Positions 51,914 to 60,422 of a DNA stretch of 64,000 nt are shown in pieces. Below the pieces are notes generated by a model, which worked only from the letters and a program-made list of their open reading frames with translations, was not told where the DNA came from and did no database searches. This DNA comes from an uncultured delta proteobacterium (GTDB lineage Bacteria; Myxococcota_A; Polyangia; Palsa-1104), in NCBI GenBank assembly GCA_963785725.1, contig CAWAWS010000029.1, positions 85,138 through 149,137 of the forward strand, read 5' to 3'. A program made the translations under genes and the position numbers. The first letter of the stretch is position 1, and every line of letters starts with the position of its first letter.

Positions 51914-53092
51914 TTAAAACAGCGGCAGACCGGTGAGCGCCTTGCCGATGAAGTCGTCGAGGTGATCGACCGTCGGCGCCATGACCCAGCCGGCGCGCGC
52001 GTCGCGGAACAGCCGCTCGACGGAAATGCCGCGCGTCTGCCGCGAGAAGGCCGCGCCGCCGCACGCTTTCAAGGCCAAGTCGGTGACGTCGACGGCCGCT
52101 TCCAGCGCCGCCTTGCGCGCCGAGAGCACGAACAGCGGCGCCTCGGCCGACGCCGCTTCGATCTCGCCCAAGGCGCGTTCGAGCAGCGCGCGCGAGGCTT
52201 CGGTGCGCACGCTCATCTGCGCCAGCCGCGCGCGCAAGACCGGTAGATCGCGCAGCGCCGTGCCGGTGTGCTCGAACGTCGTCGACGACAGGTGCGCGGC
52301 GGTCGCGCTCACGGCCGCGCGACACAAGCCGTGCGCCATCGCCGCCGTGCCGATGGCGAACCACGGCAAGATCACCTGCAGCATGGTGTCGGCGCCGGCG
52401 CCGGGCTCGGTCACGAGATCGCGTCGCGTCAGCGCCAAATGCTCGATGGTGACCGGCGCGGAGTCGTTGCCGCGCAGGCCGAGGCCGTCGAAGCCGGGCT
52501 GCGGGCGAATCGCGGCGGCGTCGGTGCGCGCGACATACAACGTCGACTCGAGCGGCGATTGCGCGTTCGGCTTCTGCGCGCTGGCGACATACGAATCGGC
52601 GAAGTTGGCCGACGTGACCCACGATTTCGCGGCGCTGGTGACGAAGCCGTCAGGCGTCGCCGTCAGCTGTGAGACCGGCGCCCAGAATTGCGAGCGCGAG
52701 CCTTTTTCCGACAGCGCCAGCGTCGTCAAGTGCTTGCCGGCGGCGATTTGGCGCAACAGCGGCTCGCGATCGCCGAGGATCTGCGACGCTCCGATCGCCT
52801 GCGCGCCGCTCGTGTGCATGACGAAGATCATCGCCGTCGACGCGCAGCTGCGCGCGAATTCCTCGGCGACGGCACAGAACGCGCGCGGGCCGCCGCCCAA
52901 GCCGCCCAGGTCGCGCCCGATGCACAGGCCGTAAAAGCCGGCGGCGGCGATGGCGCCCAGGTTCTCCTCGGGAAATTTCGCCTGCTGATCGGTGACGGCG
53001 GCGTTGCGCGTGAGCGGGCCGTCGGACAGCGCGATCGCTTGCGCGACGAGATCGGACGACGACGAGTCGAGACCGTAGGGGTGACGCATCAT
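51914..53092 (-). CDS. Acyl-CoA dehydrogenase-fold flavoprotein
   Basis: CASTAMIFVMH, LALSEKGS, KSWVT, GLRGNDS, ERLFRDARAG; GAAGGAG RBS. Confidence 0.88.
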   Translation of the reverse strand: MMRHPYGLDSSSSDLVAQAIALSDGPLTRNAAVTDQQAKFPEENLGAIAAAGFYGLCIGRDLGGLGGGPRAFCAVAEEFARSCASTAMIFVMHTSGAQAIGASQILGDREPLLRQIAAGKHLTTLALSEKGSRSQFWAPVSQLTATPDGFVTSAAKSWVTSANFADSYVASAQKPNAQSPLESTLYVARTDAAAIRPQPGFDGLGLRGNDSAPVTIEHLALTRRDLVTEPGAGADTMLQVILPWFAIGTAAMAHGLCRAAVSATAAHLSSTTFEHTGTALRDLPVLRARLAQMSVRTEASRALLERALGEIEAASAEAPLFVLSARKAALEAAVDVTDLALKACGGAAFSRQTRGISVERLFRDARAGWVMAPTVDHLDDFIGKALTGLPLF

Positions 53093-53404
53093 GACGCTCC
53101 TTCGCCCCGCGGGGCGCGGAGCGTTGTTACGAGGAAATGGGAAGTGGCGAAGAGATCGACACGCGACTCGATGAGCCGCGTCAGGAGAAGCCGGGTCGCT
53201 GGTACAAAGCGAGCACGCGCCGACGACGTTAAACGAGGAAGGCGCGGCTCGCAACGTGCGACCGCCGGGCGCGCGCCGCGACTTGCGCGCGAAAGCCCAG
53301 CTGCGACGAGCGGATGGGCGACGGTCTCGGCCGGTTCAAGGTTCCGCACGATCGACCGATGGACCTCCTACGGTCGGACATCTTCGTCCGCCAAAGGGGG
53401 CCTG

Positions 53405-53644
53405 GTGAGACGATCGCTGTTGCTGGTCGCGCTATCGACGCTGTTGTTGGGAGGCTGCGGCGGCTCGTCGCAGGGGCAATCGGGAGGCGGTGGTGGCGGC
53501 AGCGGCAGCCAAGGCGGCGGCAGCGGCAGCCAAGGCGGCGGTAGCGGCAGCCAAGGCGGCGGCAGCGGCAGCCAAGGCGGCGGCAGCGGCGCGACGACCG
53601 GCCACACCGGCAAGCTCACGCTCGCGCTCAAGAAGGCCCACTAA
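53405..53644 (+). CDS. Small Gly/Ser-rich lipoprotein (79 aa)
   Basis: GTG start, LLLGGC lipobox, (GSGSQGG)x4, ends GKLTLALKKAH; TAATG coupling to the next gene. Confidence 0.6.
   Translation: MRRSLLLVALSTLLLGGCGGSSQGQSGGGGGGSGSQGGGSGSQGGGSGSQGGGSGSQGGGSGATTGHTGKLTLALKKAH
53498..53590 (+). repeat. 21-bp tandem repeat, about 4.4 copies
   Basis: ggcagcggcagccaaggcggc unit. Confidence 0.9.
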
Positions 53645-54681
53645 TGCGCCGCCACATTGCCGGGCTGGCGGCGAGCTTGGGGCTGCTCGTGAGCGCGCAG
53701 TCGGCGCATGCCGGCGCGACGCAGTCGAGCTTCACGCCCACGGGCTATCAGTATCCGATCATGAGCATCCAGCTGTCGAAGGCCGACGGCAGCGGCGCGC
53801 AGCAGCTGTACACGTGCACGGGCGCGACCGCCGCCGACTGCTTGATCGATCTCGCCGATCCGGCTGCGCTGGCGACGATTACGGCCGCCGCCACCGACGT
53901 CGACATCGACGAGGGCGAGTACACGCAGCTGCGCCTGTCGACCTGCCCTGCGGGCACGAGCGGCAGCGACACCATGACGGTGCAGATCGAGGGCGCGGTC
54001 ACCGTCGGCAGCGACAGCTTCAACACCGACGACGGCGCGCTCGGCGGCATGTCGGCGTCGGGCACGCCCGGCTTCGCCGCCGTCGCGCTCGGCTGCGGCG
54101 GCGCCGTCGTGCAGCTGCTGCAGCCGCTCGAGGTCACCGCCGGCTCGACGCAGACGCTGACCTTGCTCGTCGACCTGACCGACATCGTGTGGACCGACGC
54201 CAACGTGCCCAACCCCGGCCAAGGCGGCTGCCGCTCCGACGGCGATCCGAACGGCCAGGACTTGTGCACGACGGTGCCGAAGGTCGTGCCGTATGTCGGC
54301 GACGGCATGCCCACCTTCGAGCGCTATCTCATTTCGCACTTGGCCGAGGCGACCGGCACGGCGGCGCTGGCCGACGCCAACGCCGCCGTCAGCCTGGCCG
54401 TCGACGAGAACGACGAGGTCTTCTACGTCATCGTGCAGCCTTGGTACTCGATCACGTCGCCATCGGAGTACGACGCGGCCAAAGGCGGTCCCGACTACAA
54501 CGCCAGCGTGCGCACCTTCTCCAAGAACGCCGACGGCTCGATCGCGTTCTTGAGCGGCGGCGACGCCATGGACAACCGCGCCGGCTTTCCCGCCTTCCAG
54601 CGCATGACGCACGAGGGCACCTGCAAGAACGAGCTGCCCACGTCGCCCAACTGGTACTACCAGGCGTTCCTGCAGCCGTAA
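53644..54681 (+). CDS. Secreted Cys-containing acidic hypothetical protein
   Basis: Signal peptide ending SAHA; beta-rich; GEYTQLRL resembles DUF4382-type domains. Confidence 0.75.
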   Translation: MRRHIAGLAASLGLLVSAQSAHAGATQSSFTPTGYQYPIMSIQLSKADGSGAQQLYTCTGATAADCLIDLADPAALATITAAATDVDIDEGEYTQLRLSTCPAGTSGSDTMTVQIEGAVTVGSDSFNTDDGALGGMSASGTPGFAAVALGCGGAVVQLLQPLEVTAGSTQTLTLLVDLTDIVWTDANVPNPGQGGCRSDGDPNGQDLCTTVPKVVPYVGDGMPTFERYLISHLAEATGTAALADANAAVSLAVDENDEVFYVIVQPWYSITSPSEYDAAKGGPDYNASVRTFSKNADGSIAFLSGGDAMDNRAGFPAFQRMTHEGTCKNELPTSPNWYYQAFLQP

Positions 54682-54724
54682 AAGCCCGCGAGCGCGCCCA
54701 CCTCGTTCCGCTTGCTGGTTTCGA

Positions 54725-55123
54725 TTACCAGGTGATGCGCAGGCGCGTGGCGTCGATGAGCAGGCGGGCGCGCGCGCGGCGTGCGTCGCCCTCGGCGAAG
54801 AGCGGGATGCCGGTGCCGATCGCGGCCGCGGCGAAGGCGCCGGCGGTCAGCGCCGCCACGCCCATCGGCGCGCCGAGTGGCGGCTCGTAGCGACCGACGG
54901 CTTGAGTGGGGTGTCCGATCTCCAGCGCCATCGGCCCGATCACCGTCGCCAGCAGCGCGGCCACGCAGCCGAGGCCGACCAGCACCTGCCCTGCGCGGCG
55001 CAGCTGTCGGCCCGACGTCAGCTGCTGATCGATCAGCCGACCGTCGGTATTCGGCGACGCCACCGCCGGACCGGCCAGCAACACCAGCAACGCCGCCACG
55101 AGCAAGGCCCGCACGATCGCCAT
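54725..55123 (-). CDS. Hypothetical membrane protein
   Basis: Signal peptide plus two hydrophobic helices, GIPL motif, terminal W. Confidence 0.6.
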   Translation of the reverse strand: MAIVRALLVAALLVLLAGPAVASPNTDGRLIDQQLTSGRQLRRAGQVLVGLGCVAALLATVIGPMALEIGHPTQAVGRYEPPLGAPMGVAALTAGAFAAAAIGTGIPLFAEGDARRARARLLIDATRLRITW

Positions 55124-55267
55124 GTCGACCACGCTAGCACCGCCGCCCGCCGCGCGCTGCGATCGCGCGCACACCCGCCGCGAGGCGCGAGCGACAGCGC
55201 TGTCGCGCCGCGTAGCGCGCTCGTCCACAAATGGTCGCGTCTGGCGCGCGATTCGCTCGCGTTCGGC

Positions 55268-55284
55268 GCGGCACGCCGCTTGTA
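55268..55284 (+). promoter_or_regulatory. Putative sigma54 promoter
   Basis: GCGGCACGccgcTTGTA, identical to 15213-15229 on the minus strand. Confidence 0.55.
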
Positions 55285-55319
55285 TGGTGCAGCTGCGACC
55301 CTAGCCGAAGGAGCCCGAC

Positions 55320-55808
55320 GTGAAAGCCACTCGACTATTGCCTTGCATCGCCCTCGCGATCGTCGCCTGCGGCGGTAGTGACCCGGGCACCGCGACGTTC
55401 GAGGCCGCTGGCAAGGCGGAAACGATCGTCAATCCCAAAGCCAGCAATCAGAAGCAGGGCAGTCAGACCTTGGACATTCAGATCGAGGGCGATCGCGCCA
55501 ACGACGATCCCGAACATACGGTGGTCTTCTTCGTGGACCTGCCGACGACGCCCGGCGCTTTCGACTGCACGGCCGCGATCCCGGCCGTGACGTACTACGA
55601 GCCCTCCGGTAGCACGCCGGGCGCGCCGCCTTTCGTCGCGCCGACCTGGGCCGCGACCAACGTGACGCCGGGCTCGTCCTGCTCGGGTGAGTGGCAGCAG
55701 CAGGGCTCGCGCCTGGTCGGCTCCTTCAGCGCGACGATGACGCAGCTCCTCGTCACCTCCACGCAGACGCTCACCGCCTCCGGCACCTTCGACGTGCCGA
55801 TGCCCTAA
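55320..55808 (+). CDS. Hypothetical lipoprotein
   Basis: GAAGGAG RBS, GTG start, IVAC lipobox, GSFSAT...GTFDV beta-rich C-terminus. Confidence 0.75.
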   Translation: MKATRLLPCIALAIVACGGSDPGTATFEAAGKAETIVNPKASNQKQGSQTLDIQIEGDRANDDPEHTVVFFVDLPTTPGAFDCTAAIPAVTYYEPSGSTPGAPPFVAPTWAATNVTPGSSCSGEWQQQGSRLVGSFSATMTQLLVTSTQTLTASGTFDVPMP

Positions 55809-56641
55809 AGCGGCGTGGCCGAGGTTTGATACCAGTTGGCCTTGCCGTGTTGATGCTTGTGGAATTCGCCGTCGAGCGTCACCGTCGTCTCGGCGCTGCC
55901 GAGAAAGAGACAGCCGAGCGGGCTCATGCGCCGGCGAATGCGCGCCAAGATCTGCTTCTTGCTGTCGGTGTCGAAGTAGATGAGCACGTTGCGCACGAAC
56001 ACCAGGTCGATCGCGGCAAAGGGCGGCCACGCCTCCGACAGATTGAGCTCGCTGAACTCGATCATGTCGCGCAGCTCGTCGACGACTTCGTAGCGGCCTT
56101 GGCTCGCGCGGAAGTATTTGGCGAGCATCGGCGCCGGCATGCCGCGGTTCACTTCCATGGCCGAATAGCGGCCTTCGCGGGCGCGCGTCACCATCTCGCG
56201 CGATAGGTCGGTCGCCAAGAAGCGAATGTCCCAGCGCGGCGCGCACAGGCCGAGCTCGCGCAAGATCATGGCGATGCTGTACGGCTCTTGTCCGCTCGAG
56301 CTGGCCGCGCACCAAATGCTCAGCCGGTGATCATGGCCTTTGTGCGCCATCAAGCGCGGCAAGATGTGTTGGCGCAGCGCTTCGAACGGATGTTGATCGC
56401 GAAAGAAGCTGGTCTCGTTGGTCGTCATCGCTTCGATGACGGTCTGGCTCAGTCGATCGTGCGGGTTGGCGCGCAGCTGCGCGACGAGCGCGGCCAGCGA
56501 CGGAAAACCCTCGCGCTTGGCGACGGCGCCCAGGCGGAACTCGGCCAAGTATTCCTTGCCAGACTCGAGGACGATGGCCGAGCGCCGGCGCAACAGGTCG
56601 CGGATGAAGCCGAAGTCTTGACGAGTCAACGGCGTGCTCAT
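55805..56641 (-). CDS. cheR: Chemotaxis protein-glutamate methyltransferase
   Basis: MTTNETSFFRD, IWCAASSSGQEPYS, RNVLIYFD. Confidence 0.95.
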   Translation of the reverse strand: MSTPLTRQDFGFIRDLLRRRSAIVLESGKEYLAEFRLGAVAKREGFPSLAALVAQLRANPHDRLSQTVIEAMTTNETSFFRDQHPFEALRQHILPRLMAHKGHDHRLSIWCAASSSGQEPYSIAMILRELGLCAPRWDIRFLATDLSREMVTRAREGRYSAMEVNRGMPAPMLAKYFRASQGRYEVVDELRDMIEFSELNLSEAWPPFAAIDLVFVRNVLIYFDTDSKKQILARIRRRMSPLGCLFLGSAETTVTLDGEFHKHQHGKANWYQTSATPL

Positions 56642-57723
56642 CGCGCCGACCCGCGCGTGAACCGCTCGCTGGCGGCGCTCATGCGCACGCGGCGCACGAT
56701 GGCGTCGGCGAGCGCCTCGGGCGGCAGCACCTCCGACGCCAGGCCGCGGCGCACGACGAAGCCGGGCATGCCCCACACGACCGAGGTCGCCTGATCTTGC
56801 GCGAGCACGTCGCCGCCGGCTTCGCGGATGAGCTCGGCGCCGCGCAGGCCGTCTTGCCCCATGCCGGTCAAGATGACGCCGAGGACGCCGTCGCCGTAAG
56901 CGTCGACGACCGACTCGAAGAGCACGTCGACGGCGGGGCGGCACGAGTTGCGCGGCTCGGTCTGATCGAGCGACAGCCGCGGTCGCGGGCCGCGCTGGAC
57001 GCGCATGTGGAAGTCGCCGGGCGCGAGGATCGCCGCGCCGGCCCGCAATTCCATGCCCAGCGTGCCTTCGGCCACGTCGAGGGTGCACAAGGAGTCGAGC
57101 CGCTCGGCCAAGAGGCGCGTGAACAGCTTCGGCATGTGCTGCACGATGACGATCGGCACCGACAGATCCGCCGGCAGCCGCGGCAACAGCGTCGACAGCA
57201 CGTTGGGCCCGCCGGTCGAGCAGCCGATGGCCACGACGCGCACCGGCGGCTGCAGCCGCGGCACCGTCGAGCGCGGCGGCGCCGGCGAGAGGGTGCGCAG
57301 CGTCGCCGTGTCCGGCCGCGCGCACAAGGCCTTGATGCGCGGCACGAGCTCGGCGCGAATATGATCCATCGCCGCCGTGAAGTTGCCGGCGTGATCGGGC
57401 TTGGTGACGTAGTCGTTGGCGCCGAGCGTCAGCGCCTCCACCGTCGCCGCGGCGCCGCGCCGGGTCATCGTCGAGAACATGACGACGGGCAGCTTCGGCT
57501 TGAGCCGTCGCAGGTGCCTGAGCGCCGTCAGCCCGTCCATCTCCGGCATTTCCACGTCGAGCGTCACGATGTCGGGCGACAGCTGCGCGACCTTCGCCAG
57601 CGCCACCATGCCGTTGGCGGCCACGCCGACGACCTCGAGCTCGGGATCGGCGTCGAGCACCTCGCTCACCAGACGGCGCACGACGACGGCATCGTCGACC
57701 ACCAGCACGCGAATCTTGCGCAT
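56638..57723 (-). CDS. cheB: Chemotaxis methylesterase response regulator
   Basis: Receiver domain plus GCSTGGP, VQHMP, RPAVDVLF, LTGMGQDG. Confidence 0.96.
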   Translation of the reverse strand: MRKIRVLVVDDAVVVRRLVSEVLDADPELEVVGVAANGMVALAKVAQLSPDIVTLDVEMPEMDGLTALRHLRRLKPKLPVVMFSTMTRRGAAATVEALTLGANDYVTKPDHAGNFTAAMDHIRAELVPRIKALCARPDTATLRTLSPAPPRSTVPRLQPPVRVVAIGCSTGGPNVLSTLLPRLPADLSVPIVIVQHMPKLFTRLLAERLDSLCTLDVAEGTLGMELRAGAAILAPGDFHMRVQRGPRPRLSLDQTEPRNSCRPAVDVLFESVVDAYGDGVLGVILTGMGQDGLRGAELIREAGGDVLAQDQATSVVWGMPGFVVRRGLASEVLPPEALADAIVRRVRMSAASERFTRGSAR

Positions 57724-57742
57724 GTGTTTGAGCGGCTGCCTT

Positions 57743-58129
57743 TTACGCTTCGAGGTCGGCGAATCCGAGCGCCGCCAGCTTGCCGCGCAAGACTTCGGGG
57801 GTGAACGGCTTCATGACGTACTCGTCGGCGCCGGCCTGCAGCGCGCGGTCGACGTTGGCCGTCTCCGACTCGGTCGTCACCATGACGATGCGCATGCGAT
57901 CGAAGTCGTGCAGCTGGCGAATCGCGGTCACGAAGTCGATGCCCGACATCTCCGGCATGTTCCAGTCGACGAGCGCCAGCGCCGGCGAATCCGACGTCGG
58001 GCCGGTCAGCGTCGCCAGCGCCTCTTTGCCGTTGCCCGCCTGCGCCACGCTGAAGCCGAGCTGCTCCAAGCTGCGCGACAAGATCGAGCGCATGGCCCGC
58101 GAATCATCGATTACGATCGCTCGTTTCAT
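57743..58129 (-). CDS. cheY: Chemotaxis response regulator
   Basis: IDDSRAMR, LVDWNMPEMSG, MVTTE, YVMKPFT; inside the che operon. Confidence 0.92.
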   Translation of the reverse strand: MKRAIVIDDSRAMRSILSRSLEQLGFSVAQAGNGKEALATLTGPTSDSPALALVDWNMPEMSGIDFVTAIRQLHDFDRMRIVMVTTESETANVDRALQAGADEYVMKPFTPEVLRGKLAALGFADLEA

Positions 58130-58140
58130 TTTAGTTTTCC

Positions 58141-59934
58141 TTAAACCGCCGCCAGCTTGGCCCGCTTGACGCGCGCGTTCTCGTTGGCCGCCGCGCCGCC
58201 GGCCGCCAGCGCCGGCGCGTTCATCTTGACGACGCCGAGCGCCTCGAACGTGCTGAACTGCGCCACCAGCGACTGCATCTCCGTCGACATCAGCGCCAGC
58301 TCCGCGGCCGCGCCTTGGCATTGCCCGGCGCCCGACGACGTCGACTGCGCCGCTTCGGCCACGCCGGCGATGTTCTGCGCGATGTCGCTCGACGCCTGCG
58401 CCGCCTCCGAGACGTTGCGGCCGATCTCGTTCGTCGTCGCCGCCTGCTCTTCGACCGCGCCCGCGATCGTGCTCTGAATGTCGTTCACTTGATCGATGGT
58501 CCGGCTGATCTGCGCGATCGCTTCTACGGCCTCTTGCGCGTCGCCTTGAATGGCGGCGATCTTGCGCCCGATGTCTTCGGTCGCTCGCGCCGTCTCTTTA
58601 GCCAGCTCTTTGACCTCGTTGGCGACGACGGCGAAGCCGCGGCCGGCCTCACCGGCGCGCGCCGCTTCGATCGTGGCATTCAGTGCCAATAAGTTGGTCT
58701 GCTCGGCGATGGACGTGATGACCTTGATGACCTTGCCGATCTCGCCCGACGAGTCGCCGAGCTTGGTGACGATGACGTTGGTGCGGCTGGCGACCTTGAC
58801 GGCCGTCGACGCCACGCGCGCCGCTTCGGCGGCGTTCTTCGCCACCTCCTTGATCGACGCGCTCATCTGCTCGGTGCTCGACGCCACCGTCTGCACGTTC
58901 ATCGACACTTGCTCGGCCGCGGCCGCGACGACGCTGGCTTGGCTCGACGTCTCCTCGGCGTTGCCGCCCATCTGACGGCTGACGGCGCCTAGCTCTTCCG
59001 CGGCGCTGGAGAGCGACACGCTCGTCTCGGCCATGCGCAACATCGTTGCCCGCAAAGACTGCACGGCATCCTGGAAGCTCTTCGACAGCTCATCGGCGTC
59101 CGACTTCGGCGCGATCTCGACCATGAGATCGCCGGCTCCGAGCTGCTTACAGCCTTCGGCGACGCCGTGGATGTACCCGAGCGTCTCGCGAAAGGAATCG
59201 GCGAGCACCCCCAACTCGTCTTTGCTGCGGTAGTGAATGGTCTGCTGCAGATCGCCCACCGCCAGCTTCTTGGCCACCGCCGTCAGCTCGCGAACGGGCG
59301 ACGAGATACCGCGCGACATGCTCACCGCCAGCACGAACAGGAGCAGCACCAGCAGCGCCATCACTTCGTAGCTGAAGCCGCTCATGGCCGAGGCCATCGC
59401 GTCCGCTTCCAGCGAGGCCTTTTCGCCGCGCGTCGACTTCTTGGCGATGATGCCGTCGAGGTGGCCGACCGCGCGCGCGAACTTGTCGGCCGCGTCACCG
59501 TCGAAGAGCGCCACCGCTTCGGCGCGCTTGCCCGCGCGCGCCAGCGCCGTCATCGCCTCGTCGGCCGCCAAATAGCCGGCCCACGCGGCCTTGAATTCGC
59601 TGTAGGCGCGGCGCTCGCCTTCGCTCGTCGCCGTCGGTAAGTAGCGCTCGAGCTCGCTGTCGATCTGCACGAGCAGCGCGGCTTTCGCTTTGTCGTCGGC
59701 CGCCGGCGTGGCCAGGCGGCGCAGCTCCTCCAAGCGCAGCTGCGTCATCGCCAGCCGCGCCGCGCCGACGTGCTGCATGCCTGGCAAGTCGTCGAAGCCG
59801 AGCTCGTGCACGGTCGCGTTCATCGCCGACTGTCGATTGACCGCCAGCGCGCCGCCGACCACGAGCACGAGCGCCGTGAAGGCATAGCCGGTGATGATCT
59901 TCGTAAATATGGAGCGGTCAGTGAACCATTTCAT
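58141..59934 (-). CDS. Methyl-accepting chemotaxis protein (four-helix-bundle sensor, HAMP, signalling domain)
   Basis: Two TM helices, [45 protein letters not shown]. Confidence 0.95.
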   Translation of the reverse strand: MKWFTDRSIFTKIITGYAFTALVLVVGGALAVNRQSAMNATVHELGFDDLPGMQHVGAARLAMTQLRLEELRRLATPAADDKAKAALLVQIDSELERYLPTATSEGERRAYSEFKAAWAGYLAADEAMTALARAGKRAEAVALFDGDAADKFARAVGHLDGIIAKKSTRGEKASLEADAMASAMSGFSYEVMALLVLLLFVLAVSMSRGISSPVRELTAVAKKLAVGDLQQTIHYRSKDELGVLADSFRETLGYIHGVAEGCKQLGAGDLMVEIAPKSDADELSKSFQDAVQSLRATMLRMAETSVSLSSAAEELGAVSRQMGGNAEETSSQASVVAAAAEQVSMNVQTVASSTEQMSASIKEVAKNAAEAARVASTAVKVASRTNVIVTKLGDSSGEIGKVIKVITSIAEQTNLLALNATIEAARAGEAGRGFAVVANEVKELAKETARATEDIGRKIAAIQGDAQEAVEAIAQISRTIDQVNDIQSTIAGAVEEQAATTNEIGRNVSEAAQASSDIAQNIAGVAEAAQSTSSGAGQCQGAAAELALMSTEMQSLVAQFSTFEALGVVKMNAPALAAGGAAANENARVKRAKLAAV

Positions 59935-60422
59935 CGGGAGGATCCTTGTGTGGGTCCAAGTGTCAGCGCGGCGGCGCGGGTGGCGTCTTCGGCCCAATCG
60001 CCGACGGTGCGTTCGATATCGAGGATGAGCAGCAGGCGATCGGCGAGCTTGTAGGTGCCGGCGATGAGCTCGCGGCCGACGCCTTGCAGCGTCGCCGGCG
60101 GCAGCTCGAAGAGCGCGTCGTCGACCTCGATGACGTCGCCGATCTCGTCGACGCGCAGGCTGACGACGCCGCCACCGGAGTCGGGCGCGGCGACGATAAC
60201 GTGGATGGGGCTGGCCGCTTCGCCGTCGTGGTCGAGCGCCAAGCGCCGGCGTAGATCGAGCGTCGTGACGATCTGGCCGCGCAAGTTGACGAGGCCGAGC
60301 ACGACCGGCGGCGCCGTCGGCACGCGCGTCAGCGGCAGACAGCGGATGACCTCGCGCACGTGGGCGACGTCGATGCCGAAGTAGAGGCCGCGCAAGAAAA
60401 ACGTGGTGAATTGCCGCGTCAT
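59931..60422 (-). CDS. cheW: Chemotaxis coupling protein
   Basis: [26 protein letters not shown]. Confidence 0.93.
   Translation of the reverse strand: MTRQFTTFFLRGLYFGIDVAHVREVIRCLPLTRVPTAPPVVLGLVNLRGQIVTTLDLRRRLALDHDGEAASPIHVIVAAPDSGGGVVSLRVDEIGDVIEVDDALFELPPATLQGVGRELIAGTYKLADRLLLILDIERTVGDWAEDATRAAALTLGPTQGSSR

Noticed and set aside
53498..53590. 21-bp tandem repeats (also 18183-18251 and the Gly-rich block near 49550-49680) as CRISPR or phase-variation tracts
   Set aside because: No spacers, and unit lengths are multiples of three inside low-complexity coding regions.
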